A stretch of 64,000 bases of DNA from Setoptus koraiensis (lineage: Eukaryota > Animalia > Arthropoda): the NCBI GenBank assembly GCA_048013815.1, contig CM106585.1, positions 12,524,001-12,588,000 of the forward strand, in the 5' to 3' direction. Shown in pieces: positions 11,731 to 22,903 of the stretch (position 1 is the stretch's first letter; each line of letters starts with the position of its first letter). The notes under the pieces were generated by a model that worked only from the letters and a program-made list of their open reading frames with translations, was not told the origin of the DNA and searched no databases. The position numbers were made by a program, and so were the translations under genes.

Positions 11731-13053
11731 ATGAACAAAGAAATGCTCGCCAAGATACAGCTCCAATGCTTATGCCAAATGTTCGAAGGGCGCGTCGAAG
11801 AAGATGTCATATACATTGTTTTTACAGAAAATGATAATCAGATTGAACCAACTATCGACCAACTCTTGAATATATCATCATCATCTTTCACTGGTCATCA
11901 TTTTCAACAAAGTACGAACGTCTCTACCAATAACTCTTTTCGTTGTTGTCATGCAACAAAGAATGGGAATCGATCCACTCAAAGTTGCTCATGCATTAAT
12001 AGTGATCGTAATCTAAGTAGCAAAGGTCAATTGTTGTTCTCAAAAGTTGTTGATAGGTATTCGTCCGAGGATAATCCTGAAGATGCAGCGATCCAAGCTT
12101 TGATAGTGGCCAGCCGTGAGGAGCGCGTCATGACTCCTTTGTCGGATGATATGGATATCAACATGTTGCTTGAAGGTCTTGAAGAGGACCAGGCAGAATT
12201 TTTAGACCCGAAAGGACCATCAGCTCTTCCAAAGGCCAAGCAGAAGCCCATAAATGTAGATCAAACACTCAATAAATTTAATAAAGCAGATGATGACTTC
12301 ATTGAAGTCAAGAATAGGAGAAAGAGATCCAACAGAAGAAAGAATCATCAATCTCAAACCAATATATCAAAGACGTGTGATCCTAGAATGAGCCGAAGTT
12401 ATCCTGAACTAATTGGTGATAATAATAATACTTTGACGGATGATATGGAGTACGCAGACCTCGAAGCTGGAAGTGTAGAAGATTTAGAATCTGAGACAGG
12501 GACCACGAGTTCAGGAAACAACGATGATCCTGATTGTGAAATCAATGAAGTATACAGGGCACTGGATATGATGTTGCTTAGTCGTAGCGAAAGTTATCGA
12601 AAAGCGTTCTACTACAATAACCGTAAGATGTACTCCGTCTCGAGTTACTATGCAGACTTAGCACGACAAATCACTCGTAAGATGGAAAGGAAATCTGACA
12701 ACTTGATCGAGTTACTATTGAAGAAAAGCGAGAATTCTGATACGATCGATCTTCACGGCCTCACTCCGAACCAGGCATGTCTTGTTGTAACACGGTTATT
12801 AAAATTAAAGCAGGAAAAGTTGTTGATCGATCGAAAAGGTGAGGTTTGTGTGGACATCATCACTGGATGGGGTAAACATAGTTCTAGGGACGGTAGGATT
12901 AGGCCTTGTATAATATCATTATTGTCAAACAAAAAGTTCTGTTTTCAACATTTGAATCGTGGAGCTCTCCGTGTTACTGTTAAAAGACTACCAGCGGCAG
13001 GTAATCGTTCAGATGGCACCATAACAAGTCCCCCTCCTCTAGTTCATCCTTAA
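11731..13053 (+). CDS. CUE + DUF1771 + Smr domain protein (N4BP2-like), intronless
   Basis: N-terminal CUE-like LQCLCQMFEGRVEEDVIYIVFTENDNQIEPTIDQLL; DUF1771-like helix (ESYRKAF...SSYYADLARQ); Smr motifs TIDLHGL and IITGWGKHS...NRGALRVTV. Confidence 0.8.
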   Translation: MNKEMLAKIQLQCLCQMFEGRVEEDVIYIVFTENDNQIEPTIDQLLNISSSSFTGHHFQQSTNVSTNNSFRCCHATKNGNRSTQSCSCINSDRNLSSKGQLLFSKVVDRYSSEDNPEDAAIQALIVASREERVMTPLSDDMDINMLLEGLEEDQAEFLDPKGPSALPKAKQKPINVDQTLNKFNKADDDFIEVKNRRKRSNRRKNHQSQTNISKTCDPRMSRSYPELIGDNNNTLTDDMEYADLEAGSVEDLESETGTTSSGNNDDPDCEINEVYRALDMMLLSRSESYRKAFYYNNRKMYSVSSYYADLARQITRKMERKSDNLIELLLKKSENSDTIDLHGLTPNQACLVVTRLLKLKQEKLLIDRKGEVCVDIITGWGKHSSRDGRIRPCIISLLSNKKFCFQHLNRGALRVTVKRLPAAGNRSDGTITSPPPLVHP

Positions 13054-13541
13054 ACTTAGAAAGAAAAATCCCTCAAATTTTATACTCAGATGATCATCAA
13101 AGAATCGGACAAGAATGGCCTGTGAACCCATCATCGGCTTCGCAATGATTCAAACCACTCTGTTCCTCATTTGAAATGATTGAGAACTTATTTTGTGTAG
13201 ATACCTACAGTTCTTACTAGACTTATAGACCTAAAAATAAATAATTCCTGCCAACGAAAACTAGTCCATCGACAGTTTGATCATTCGACTAATTGACTAA
13301 CACCTGATGTACTACTTGAGAGACTTCATGCAATCAGAATAGTTGATGAAGGTTAGCAAGGTGGTTCATATGAATGACTTCATACAATCTTAGAAAAACA
13401 AATCTTTAATAACTACACAAGTAACATCAAGTAATTCGCCTTATATATATATATATACCCATAACATGATCATGCCTAACTGATTATAGAATTTTCAGAT
13501 TAAGTTGCGCTAGTATTTCGATGAAGCCAAAGAAGTTGTAC

Positions 13542-14774
13542 CTATAGACTATCGGTTTGTTCAATATCTTCTGTATCATCAAAATCATTAAGTAATACAG
13601 AGAAGTCAACATTATCATATCCTGGGATAGAAGATTGTAGGTAGTCTATTTGATCATCTGTCCTAGCTATATGCTCAGAAAAATTTTCCTTGGTGAAATT
13701 ATCAATACCTGAAGGTGTTTGCAATACATCGCCAAGGGTCGAGGGCTCTGTTTGAGGTGTGACTACGTTTGATGTTGTTTGGTTTGTCTCTTCCGCAGAA
13801 TCAGTCGTAGCCAAGAACTGTTGTTGTTCATTTTGTTGTAACTCACCAAACACATCCTCATTTACCAAGGCGAAATTGTCCTCCGTAACAAAGGGGGCGG
13901 CAAGATTGGTTGGTATACCTTCTAGAGTATTAAATTCTGTCACGTCCTTTATATCAATTTTACCATTTGGAACCTCTGATGTTACATCATTTATAACGTC
14001 ATCAATCTCATCTAGGTCCAGGTCGGCAGCTTGCAAGGATTCAGTAATAATATCGGGATTGTTATTGATGGTGGTATTTTGATTGCTAGTACTCAGATCA
14101 TAACGTTTTCTCTTAGGTTCAGGTGAGTTACTACTATCCTCTTCACTACCTCCAATCATAAGTGGTAAGTTTTTACGTTTGAGTTGCAATATGTGCGATG
14201 TCTTGAGTCCGTGTTTTTGTTCAAGAGCCTCCAGGACAAATTTCATGAGGTTGCCTATGTATAACTGTTGCTTGTGATGTTTCTGTCTAAGGTCATGTAA
14301 TTCTGACCATAACATTTCATTTTCTCGTTTGAGTTCATTCAATGATAGATTGACAGATTTTTGTTTGTCCTCAATAGCTTTGATATCTTTTATTACTGAT
14401 GCAATTTCGGAACTGCCGTCAAGGGTTTTTTGGGGAATTTTGCGTTTTATTAACTCTAATTGTTCTGCATGTCCCCTAATAAAATTTGGATGATAGAAAT
14501 GCAGATCATCTGTTTGAACACCGCAATTCTCTATTGTTGCAACTTTTCTAAATCCATACATATTGAGTTGCCTGATAAAACTGGATAAATTATTGTGCTT
14601 GAAGTACTTAGATAACGATTGTGAGAAAGAATGAGGATCAGAAATAATAAAACTATGGCCATCATCTGACCAAACAATACTCTTGTCACTACTGTTCTCG
14701 AGAAGTTTCCATAATTTCACCAAGAAACCAGCCACATTCCCATAGCCTTTGTCTGTAGAAAACGACGACATCAT
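13542..14774 (-). CDS. HSF1: Heat shock transcription factor, intronless
   Basis: HSF DNA-binding domain (FLVKLWKLL...WSDDGHSFII...KYFKHNNLSSFIRQLNMYGFRKV...FYHPNFIRG), HR-A/B (LKRENEMLWSELHDLRQKHHKQQ) and HR-C-like EHIARTDDQIDYLQ. Confidence 0.95.
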   Translation of the reverse strand: MMSSFSTDKGYGNVAGFLVKLWKLLENSSDKSIVWSDDGHSFIISDPHSFSQSLSKYFKHNNLSSFIRQLNMYGFRKVATIENCGVQTDDLHFYHPNFIRGHAEQLELIKRKIPQKTLDGSSEIASVIKDIKAIEDKQKSVNLSLNELKRENEMLWSELHDLRQKHHKQQLYIGNLMKFVLEALEQKHGLKTSHILQLKRKNLPLMIGGSEEDSSNSPEPKRKRYDLSTSNQNTTINNNPDIITESLQAADLDLDEIDDVINDVTSEVPNGKIDIKDVTEFNTLEGIPTNLAAPFVTEDNFALVNEDVFGELQQNEQQQFLATTDSAEETNQTTSNVVTPQTEPSTLGDVLQTPSGIDNFTKENFSEHIARTDDQIDYLQSSIPGYDNVDFSVLLNDFDDTEDIEQTDSL

Positions 14775-14977
14775 AATAATATTATTATTATAACAATTGA
14801 TGATAATAACTATTGTTGTTGTCTCGATAGATATGATTTATTATTGTGCAAATTGATTAGGAAGAGCCTTTTTTGAGCCGTTCCACTACCTAGAAGTAAT
14901 GATTAAGGATGAGAGATATTGAAGCGCCAAGTTTAAAAAAATTAATGTCCGCAAGCAAAAAGGTAAAAAGTAAATAT

Positions 14978-15061
14978 TGTCAGAAGTGGGGTTCGAACCC
15001 ACGCCCTCATTCGAGGACCAGAACTTAAGTCTGGCGCCTTAGACCACTCGGCCATCCTGAC
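14978..15061 (-). tRNA. trnL-TAA: tRNA-Leu, anticodon TAA
   Basis: Reverse complement GTCAGGATGGCCGAGTGGTCTAAGGCGCCAGAC-TTAAG-TTCTGGTCCTCGAATGAGGGCGTGGGTTCGAACCCCACTTCTGACA. Acceptor stem GTCAGGA/TTCTGAC, anticodon stem CCAGA/TCTGG, long variable arm, GTTCGAA T-loop, and a downstream T5 Pol III terminator. Confidence 0.97.
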
Positions 15062-15109
15062 TACTATAGAGTCTTGGCGTAGAAACTACAATTTGAACAG
15101 ACGACAGCA

Positions 15110-17063
15110 TCATATGCAAAGTTGACAATACTGACGAAGTTCCTGACGAAATTGATTTCTTACCTGTGATAGCTGCTGTATTCTTCTTGGTGTGAACTGA
15201 CTTATATTTGACATTAGAGACTGTATATTAGGATCAGGTGGTAGTCTCTTCTGAAACAGACTATTATTGTTGGCTCGATCAAAACTGGAGAAATCGTTAG
15301 TGAGGTAGGGATGCTTTAAGAGTTCTTCCGCTGAAGGTCTATCGCTCGGATTATACTTAAGGCATAACTGGTAATACAATTTCCAAGAAGATTAAAAGGG
15401 TGATAGATTTGGGCAAATGTAAGTTAATAAGCTGTGATATCGCGAAAAACTGTGCCAAGATTAATGAAACTCTATCACGCTCTCAACTTACTTTCATGCA
15501 ATCTAAAAGATCACAGTTCGTTACAGGACCAAATTCAATCATGTGATTTGGATCAGTAATAGCTTGAGCTTTAGACAATAAGCTTGGATACCTGTCAAAA
15601 GGTGGGCGACCGTAAACCATGTTGTATAAAATGCACCCAAGTGACCATATATCCGCTTTGGCGTTGTACTTTATTATAGTCTTCTTTCCGTTTGAATGTT
15701 GGAATTCGGATGCCTTATTCTTTAGAGCTTCGGGAGCCATGTAATTTATTGTACCAATCTGATAATCTCTAATCACACTTGTGTGGTCCGGTTCGATAGA
15801 ATTGGCTATCCCGAAATCGATCAGTTTCAACTTATTCTTAACCACAATAAAATTTACCGGTTTCAAATCAGCATGTACAACTCCGTGACGATGAATTTCA
15901 TTTACTGCTCTCAACATCCCTTTCCAATGGAACTTTATGAATTCATAGTCAATGGCTAATCGATCCTCCTGATCTTCAAAATAGGACTCAATCACTTGAG
16001 CTAGGTCTGCATCTCCTTTTTCCATAACCAAAATAAGTTCTTTACTTTCACTCTTGAACTCTGAGTCGTACATTCGAACTACACGGTTACAGGTTTTCAA
16101 TTTGTCGAGAAGTAATCTTTCGTTGTGGTAACTTTCTTGCGCCTTTGGGTCTGCTAATGCCATATTAATTATCTTGATGGCCACTGTTTGGGATGTTTGA
16201 GGGTCAAAACCTTCGTAAACTTTGCTCGAGCCACCACAACCTATCTTCTTCAAGATTTGGTAAGTCTTTTTATTGACTTGAACTCGGTATCTTATATTAG
16301 GCTCGCTCGTCGTCCTAGTTAGTTGCTGTCTATTGTTTCCATCAACTTGAGCATTTTGTCTACTCGGCGTTTGAAGATCTCTTCTACCAGTAGAGGATAA
16401 GTTTTGTTGGGATGTGCTGAAGGGCTTTGACTCAATCAAATTCTGAACTCCAGGCTTCGGTGGAGCTAGAGCTTGCTGAACCATAGGAACAGGTCGCTGG
16501 GATGCTAAAGGTGTTTGATTATGATCTGATTGTGGTATTTCTACAATTGGGTGCAAAGTTGGGTGTCTAGCTGATTTATCAAGGTGCTGGGTTTTGTGAC
16601 TGTTCTGCGGCTGTCGATCCAGCTCTGTCGGCTTAGTTGGAATGTTATTCTGGGTTTTGTCAGGCAAGTGCTGTATGTGAACTTCGTCTGACTTCCGGGG
16701 AGGTAATGGTTGAAGTGTGGGCTTATATTTCGCTAACTTCAGTGAACAATAGTTGAGTTTCAAACGGTTCATCAGTCCACTTTGCTGGAGTTTGTGTACA
16801 CTGTCAAGTTGAGGTGGTGGGACAGAGTTAAACCTACTAGACACTCTATTGGGTTGTTGCTCACTTCTGAAATTGCGCTGTACAATCCTGTTGGCAGCTA
16901 TATTTACTGTTGAACAGTTGTCATTACTGTAAACAGATGGTAATTGTGTAACTAAAGTCCGGTATGAGGTGCTAGGTGGTTTCAACTGCCCTCCATTGGA
17001 CGACTGCGATGCTGGAGTTGTTGGTCTTTCCATCATGATAGATTTATGACTTAGATTATTCAT
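15110..17063 (-). CDS. TTK: Dual-specificity kinase Mps1/TTK, 2 exons (17063-15492, 15367-15110)
   Basis: IGCGGSSKVY, HADLKPVNF, KLIDFGIANSIEPDHTSVIRDYQIGTINYMAPEAL, DIWSLGCILYNMVYGRPPF. Splice join MK|LCLKYNPSDRPSAEELLKHPYL. Confidence 0.93.
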
Positions 17064-17493
17064 TTCTAGGGTCCATGATTAGATGTTATGTTGAAATGAT
17101 GATAAATGTAGTCGATAAAATCATTCATGACATCTAGGTCGTAAGTGATTAAATCAAATCTGCAAAAGGAAACAAAATGCTACGTGTTGCAGATCTATAC
17201 GCGTATCCCTCCAAAATGACGGTTGAAAATATTTATCAACACAAGGTAAAGTCCCATCTAGGGGATTATGCTCTGAAAAACGGTTGGAAAATTCTCATTT
17301 AGAGCTTAAAAATAAACAATTTCAATAAAATGTACAACGAAAAACCCAAATAAAAGTACCCTGCGCTTGCTCACGGCGCACACTAAATTTTCATTGTTGT
17401 TCCCCTGTTAGCTTGATTCGGTTGTTATTCTCCGTTATCGCTACATTACTTCCAGATAATTCCCCGATTGGGTACATCGACTGGGTACAAAAC

Positions 17494-18265
17494 ATGCTTT
17501 CTAAAACTCACACAAGTATGATAGATCACCCGGTTCGGCTGTATCAATCGATTGCCAGATGCAAATTATAATTTATCTAACATTGATTCTTTTGCCCCTA
17601 ATACAATTATGATTCTTAAAGCAAGAAACTTATTCCTTCTAGGTCGTATGGTTCAAACAACACCTAGTTTGCAATCGAGGAGAAGTTATATACCTATGGT
17701 TATAGAGCAAACAGGCAGAGGAGAACGAGCTTATGATATCTATTCTCGTTTACTCAAAGATAGGATTATATGCCTGATGGGACCAATTGAGGACAACATG
17801 TCCAGCACAATTGTAGCTCAGCTACTATTTCTCCAGTTTGAATCAACCAAAAAGCCAATACACATGTATATCAATAGTCCAGGAGGTGTGGTCACATCAG
17901 GTTTGGCAATCTATGACACAATGCAACACATTCGTCCACCAATTGCTACTTGGTGTGTTGGTCAAGCTTGTTCAATGGCAAGTTTGATACTAGCCGCAGG
18001 TGCCCCCAAAATGAGGCACTCAATGCCCAATTCTAGGATTATGTTGCATCAGCCATCCGGAGCAGCGAGTGGTCAAGCAACTGATATCCAAATACACGCC
18101 GAGGAAATACTATCCGTTAAAAGACGTCTAAACAGTATATACGAAAAACTCACTGGTCAGCCTATTGACAAGATCGAATCTTACCTGGAGAGAGATAAAT
18201 TTATGAGTCCAGAGCAAGCACTAGAGTTTGGCCTGATAGACGACATCGTATCGGGTGTTGAATAG
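17494..18265 (+). CDS. CLPP: Mitochondrial ClpP protease, 2 exons (17494-17515, 17643-18265)
   Basis: [39 protein letters not shown], with catalytic S (QACSMASL), H (MLHQP) and D (ERDKF). A short first exon MLSKTHT|S joins in phase across GTATGA...TTCTAG. Confidence 0.95.
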
Positions 18266-18690
18266 TTCATTCTTAAGTTATCAAGTCAAATTTTAGTAAT
18301 TAGTTGCAATTGTATTGTATATATCCCTAAACTTTGTATCTATAAAAGTACATTCACTCTTAAAGATTTGATAGTACATTAGTTGATATATCACTGTTAG
18401 GCTTGCAAAAAACCGAAAAATAATTCGAAGTTCGCGCACCTTCCTACAGTGCATAACTATATCAATGAACCTAGCATGTATGCAGGATGACTGCTCTTGA
18501 GTATACAAGTGAGATGGTATGTTTTGTAGACAAGCTGGCCCGTCCTTCACAAAATCTTTTCTAATAATCAATGAATAATAATATACATCAGGTTAACAGC
18601 TACATTTGATTATTATTATTCTTCATCTCATCAGATTTGATCACACTATTAAACAGTTATTTCTTTGTTACACCATAAGTTGAGCTCATC

Positions 18691-18987
18691 ATGAAGAAGG
18701 GTGGATCTTTCATGGAAGGCTTGTTGTTTCGGCCCCAAGGACAACCTATGGAATACCCATACACATACGCTGCGAAAATATCCCAGTTCCCATACAAATT
18801 CTATTTCAGACAAAGTTTCATGGTCAGATATTTCTGTTACAGTTTCATCATAATGACTCCTCTCATCTATTCTATTCATAAGATGGCTAACTCACCACAA
18901 AACACCGCTTTTTGGAGAGAGAAACGTAAGCACGATGATGAACATCACAAAAAAGAGATGGAAAAGAAATGGGAGAAACGCACTTAA
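18691..18987 (+). CDS. Small single-pass membrane protein resembling the arthropod roh (reduction of Rh1) family
   Basis: GQPMEYPYTYAAKISQFPYKFYF...one hydrophobic helix...KMANSPQN. Recalled similarity to the GRPMKYPYT..AK.AQFP motif of the insect roh family; not searched. Confidence 0.6.
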   Translation: MKKGGSFMEGLLFRPQGQPMEYPYTYAAKISQFPYKFYFRQSFMVRYFCYSFIIMTPLIYSIHKMANSPQNTAFWREKRKHDDEHHKKEMEKKWEKRT

Positions 18988-19151
18988 TTTCCTGGATCTA
19001 CGATCCAGATTATTTCTATTTAGCACAGAAAAGGCATATCCCGATGGAAAGAAGATGTATCTATTCAACATAGTCCCATCATCAGTATGTCTGTAGCAAA
19101 AATAAAAAATGTAGGATACCTGAAGATTCCAGGTTGTTGTGTTAGATTGTA

Positions 19152-20972
19152 CTAGTTCAGTCGATTTAATATAAAAGTGCTGAAACTCTTGCTTTCCAAT
19201 AACACTTCGAGTTTTGTCTTCTTGTCTAGGCCTACTCTAAAGGGAACTGGGTGCTGATTGGCGTTTATAACCACTTGAACTATATAGTTATCCGGTGTGA
19301 GGAAAGCTGTTTCATGCAAGTCAAACATATTCGGCGCGGATAGTAATTTTGATTTCAATCTTATAGAACCTGGGGCTATGTACCGACTGAAGTGTCCGAT
19401 AGCATAGAACATGGGATTCCGATAAAATGTACCGTTTTGTTCGTCTACCAAAATAGCACAATCAGCTAAATTCGAGAAATCATAGTTGGAGAAACGAATG
19501 ATAATTCATGTCATTGCAAAGATCTGTATGATGGTCCTCATCGAGCATGCAGTGATGTCATTTTATTCACCTGGATAATGATTGGCGTAACTTGGTCCTC
19601 CCCACAAGTCAAATGCCATGTTGAAATCGACCCAGCCTACTGACCCATATTGAAGGTTCTGCGTAATGTTATATAGACCAAAAATGTTGAATTCAGACAG
19701 ATTGGTTTATTTTTGGAGAATAAAGTTTGAATTCTTTTGGTTTGTTGTTATTGAGTTTAGTCTTACTTTAGTGATTTCGATTGCATAGTCTTGCGCATAT
19801 CGCCAGTTCCCCAATTTTATGTGATCATTGTGCATTTTTGATTGACTAGCCAATAGCATCTTGTCGGGATATCGCTTGGTTAAATAAATAAGATTGTCGT
19901 AAGGGGCAGGCTGTTCATTTTTATAGGCAATTCCAGCAATCATGTTGGCGGAGGTTTGATTTTTGAAAAGAATATCCGCCCAATGCGGGATGAACTTCCG
20001 CTGATCGTCCAGTGCCAACAGTTTGACATTGTCCTTCAACATGGGACCCAAATAACCAACCACAAAATCTCTAACTTCTTCTGGCGTCATTGTCATTGAA
20101 CTAGGCTGAGTTTCGTTGTTCGCTGTACTTTTAGGCGGCGTCATTGAATTCTCGCCAAGAACCAATGACCAAATGTTCAAGCCTGCCTGCTTGTATGCCA
20201 ATAGAAAATTGTTCAAGTATTCGGCATAACTTTTCATACTATCCTCATTCAATTTACCTCCCCTCAGATCTGAATTTGTCTTGAATTTGACCGGCGCTGT
20301 TGTAGGACTGGCCAACAACTTCAACCTGTTCCTTGAACGACCGGCAGCCTCTAATGCCTCTAATATGATCGGTATTCTATAGTCGTTGTCATAGATGCTC
20401 AGGTCAACCTGTGAACCTCCTTCCGAGTCTAAAGCATAGTTGACAATTGAATATTCATTAGAGCCTATAGGTATCCGTATCAGATTCAATCTAATGCCTT
20501 CGGAGCTGTCAAAATAATTTTGTATCAGTTTGAGTCGTATGTCACCTGGCAAGTGATCAATATTGATGCAAGATGAATCTGTCAATGTTGAACCAAATCC
20601 AAGAATTCTTTGATATTTTTTATTGGTATCGATGAATGATGTAACATTTGTATGGGACTCTTCATAGTAGAACTCATCCGTATTGATGCCTTGATGATTA
20701 TATATCTTGAATCTGTCACCTTTTTGAGTTGAGACTATCTGTACGACTTTGTTCGGAGTAGTAGGCCATTCTACTAATCCAGCATCTGGAATTCTATCAA
20801 ATATTGATTCACAATTAGTCGCGCTACATTTTGATACAAAACTACCATCTACTATGTCTTGATTACAATCAGAAACCGCTGATTGCACCGTGCGGACGAT
20901 ATACAGTAGCAAGAAAGTTAAAATCATAGATAATACTTGAGGATACCAAACAAAACTTCTCTTCTGGTCCAT
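19152..20972 (-). CDS. GBA1: Glucosylceramidase-family (GH30) protein, 3 exons (20972-19768, 19658-19571, 19465-19152); catalytic Glu residues appear substituted
   Basis: YQRILGFGSTLTDSS, RIPIGSNEYS, LKLLASP, LLALDDQR, GWVDFNMAFDLWGGP, FYRNPMFYAIGHFSRY. N-terminal hydrophobic signal; all introns GT-AG and in phase. Confidence 0.9.
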
Positions 20973-21192
20973 ATATTGAAGGATAGAAGCGAAACGTTGT
21001 TTTATTGTTCATATCTTAAAAAGCTTTAACACTCCATTGGATAGGAAACTTTTATTAGCCTCGTCAAGAAATTGAACACCGTCAGCCATAATTGACTAAA
21101 TCAATTCCGACCGAAGTTAGGAAAAAATGTAATACAAGTTGAAAGACACGAACAAACGCAGATCGGCATGAGTCAACGAAAAATTTTTCGGA

Positions 21193-21903
21193 TCACTCTC
21201 TCTTCTCGTTGTTCATTTTATTTTTTATTAACTTTGTTACTGCAACAGCAAACATGCTAAAGCCGGCCACAGAGTAGACAGTTGCCCTAAGCAAGGCTTC
21301 TCTGGCTAGTGCTGAACCGGCCTCGTACACGGAGGGGGCAACGTTTGATTTCTTGAGTTTATTCAGAGTCTTAGAGAAACCGAATAACATAGAGCCACCA
21401 GCTAGCGTAACGAAGACAAAACTTGTTGCAGCCGAATTAATTGATACAACTTGATTGCCATTAGATGATGTTGAGATGCTTGAGTTACTAGTACCTGTCG
21501 CCTGCGAAGGTGACGGAGGAAGCTCCCACGGAGTATCTTGTTGAATAATGGTCCTACCCCATGGCTCTGTCGAGAATAGATCCTCAAATGGATTGCGTTT
21601 TGGCGAATCACTCTGTTGATTTGTTGACGATTCTGACATATTGTTATTTTGTGGCTGTCGTGATGACGATGTTAAATGGTTAGAATTATCACTATCTCTA
21701 TTGTTGTGATTATTATTGTCTAATAAATTGTGTTCTGGAACGGTGTCGTCCAATGTGGATTCATTATTGGCCTTCTGATGTGACGAGCCACCAGGTTGGT
21801 TGTTAACTGTCATAGTTATGCTTCCTGGCATAGAGTTGTCCGTTGGTTGTGTATTTTTGTCAATATAGTTAGTTGCATCCGTCGGGTTATTGCTGTCGCT
21901 CAT
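21193..21903 (-). CDS. Chimera A: GW182 N-terminus (21903-21425, includes Ago-binding motif I) fused in frame to a TMEM242-like C-terminus (21424-21193)
   Basis: Aa ~16-160 are near-identical to the GW182 ORF at 29519 (last 212 nt identical to 29750-29961). The remainder TLAGGSMLFGFSKTL..KK...EAGSALAREALLRATVYS matches the TMEM242/DUF1358 pattern and the paralogue at 25262. Confidence 0.8.
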   Translation of the reverse strand: MSDSNNPTDATNYIDKNTQPTDNSMPGSITMTVNNQPGGSSHQKANNESTLDDTVPEHNLLDNNNHNNRDSDNSNHLTSSSRQPQNNNMSESSTNQQSDSPKRNPFEDLFSTEPWGRTIIQQDTPWELPPSPSQATGTSNSSISTSSNGNQVVSINSAATSFVFVTLAGGSMLFGFSKTLNKLKKSNVAPSVYEAGSALAREALLRATVYSVAGFSMFAVAVTKLIKNKMNNEKRE

Positions 21904-22497
21904 GATGTTTGCAAAGGTTTACTAATTGAAAAATTATGATTCTGCCTTAATTGTGTTCGCCGTTTGCTAGTTGGTCGAGGCAGATTAATAATAATAATAA
22001 TTGTTATGAATACTATTTGTTAATAATAATATATAATCTGTTTGCCTGTGAGAATGATCACATAGATTCACGCGGAATGGCTGGCATGGCGTGAACACTA
22101 TAGTGCACCACTATAGTATAGGCTCGCTCGCTCGCTCAATCAATGAATTTGAATTGGGCAGCGCTCACAACTAGTTGCTTGTGTGTGACACTGACCAAGT
22201 TATATAATAATTATTTATGTCTCAGTCGTCTCTCTCGCTATTTCTCTCGTTAATGTGCTGCTTACCTTGACCATCAACAACGACTGAAACGACTCACCAG
22301 TAACAGGCTAGCGTTCTTTTCGCGCTCATTCCACTAGAGAAACTCACTGACCACTATGCGCCACTCACAAGGTAACCTAGGGAGTAGATGCACACGACGC
22401 GAGGTGTATGTCTGACAATTGATAATGAGAATATTACAAATATATCATGATGCCCATTGATTGTGGAAATTGATTGGATTGATGTAATCACTTGTAG

Positions 22498-22866
22498 TCA
22501 TTCGAAGTATAAAAGATTTATGATAATCAACAAGAGTATAACATTGATGAGTATTGAAAGAGTCTGGCTTCGTTTCGACGAATGGCAAGTGGCCATCAAC
22601 TCGTGTATCTGGGAGCCACTGTTCAATTGTTGTTGTTTAGACAATGATCGCTTTCTCTTGTTTGTTGTTTGGCCGCAACTGGAAACAGTGGCTAGTTGGG
22701 CGTCTAGTCTGATTTGAGAGGCCAATCTCACACATGTTTGTTGTTTGTCATCATTGGATTGTTGTTGCCAGATAGACTCGAACTCATTGGCCGCCATCTT
22801 TTCTACGTGTCCTGGCACGCGTTGAGCAATTAATAGAAACTTGTCCTCTTGTTCGTGCTCTTCCAT
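22498..22866 (-). CDS. Hypothetical orphan ORF (122 aa)
   Basis: ATG start, KRKR basic patch, hydrophobic C-terminal stretch; no recognised family. Confidence 0.3.
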   Translation of the reverse strand: MEEHEQEDKFLLIAQRVPGHVEKMAANEFESIWQQQSNDDKQQTCVRLASQIRLDAQLATVSSCGQTTNKRKRSLSKQQQLNSGSQIHELMATCHSSKRSQTLSILINVILLLIIINLLYFE

Positions 22867-22903
22867 GTTTTATTGTATGCATATTTTTTAACACTTTTTT
22901 GCC

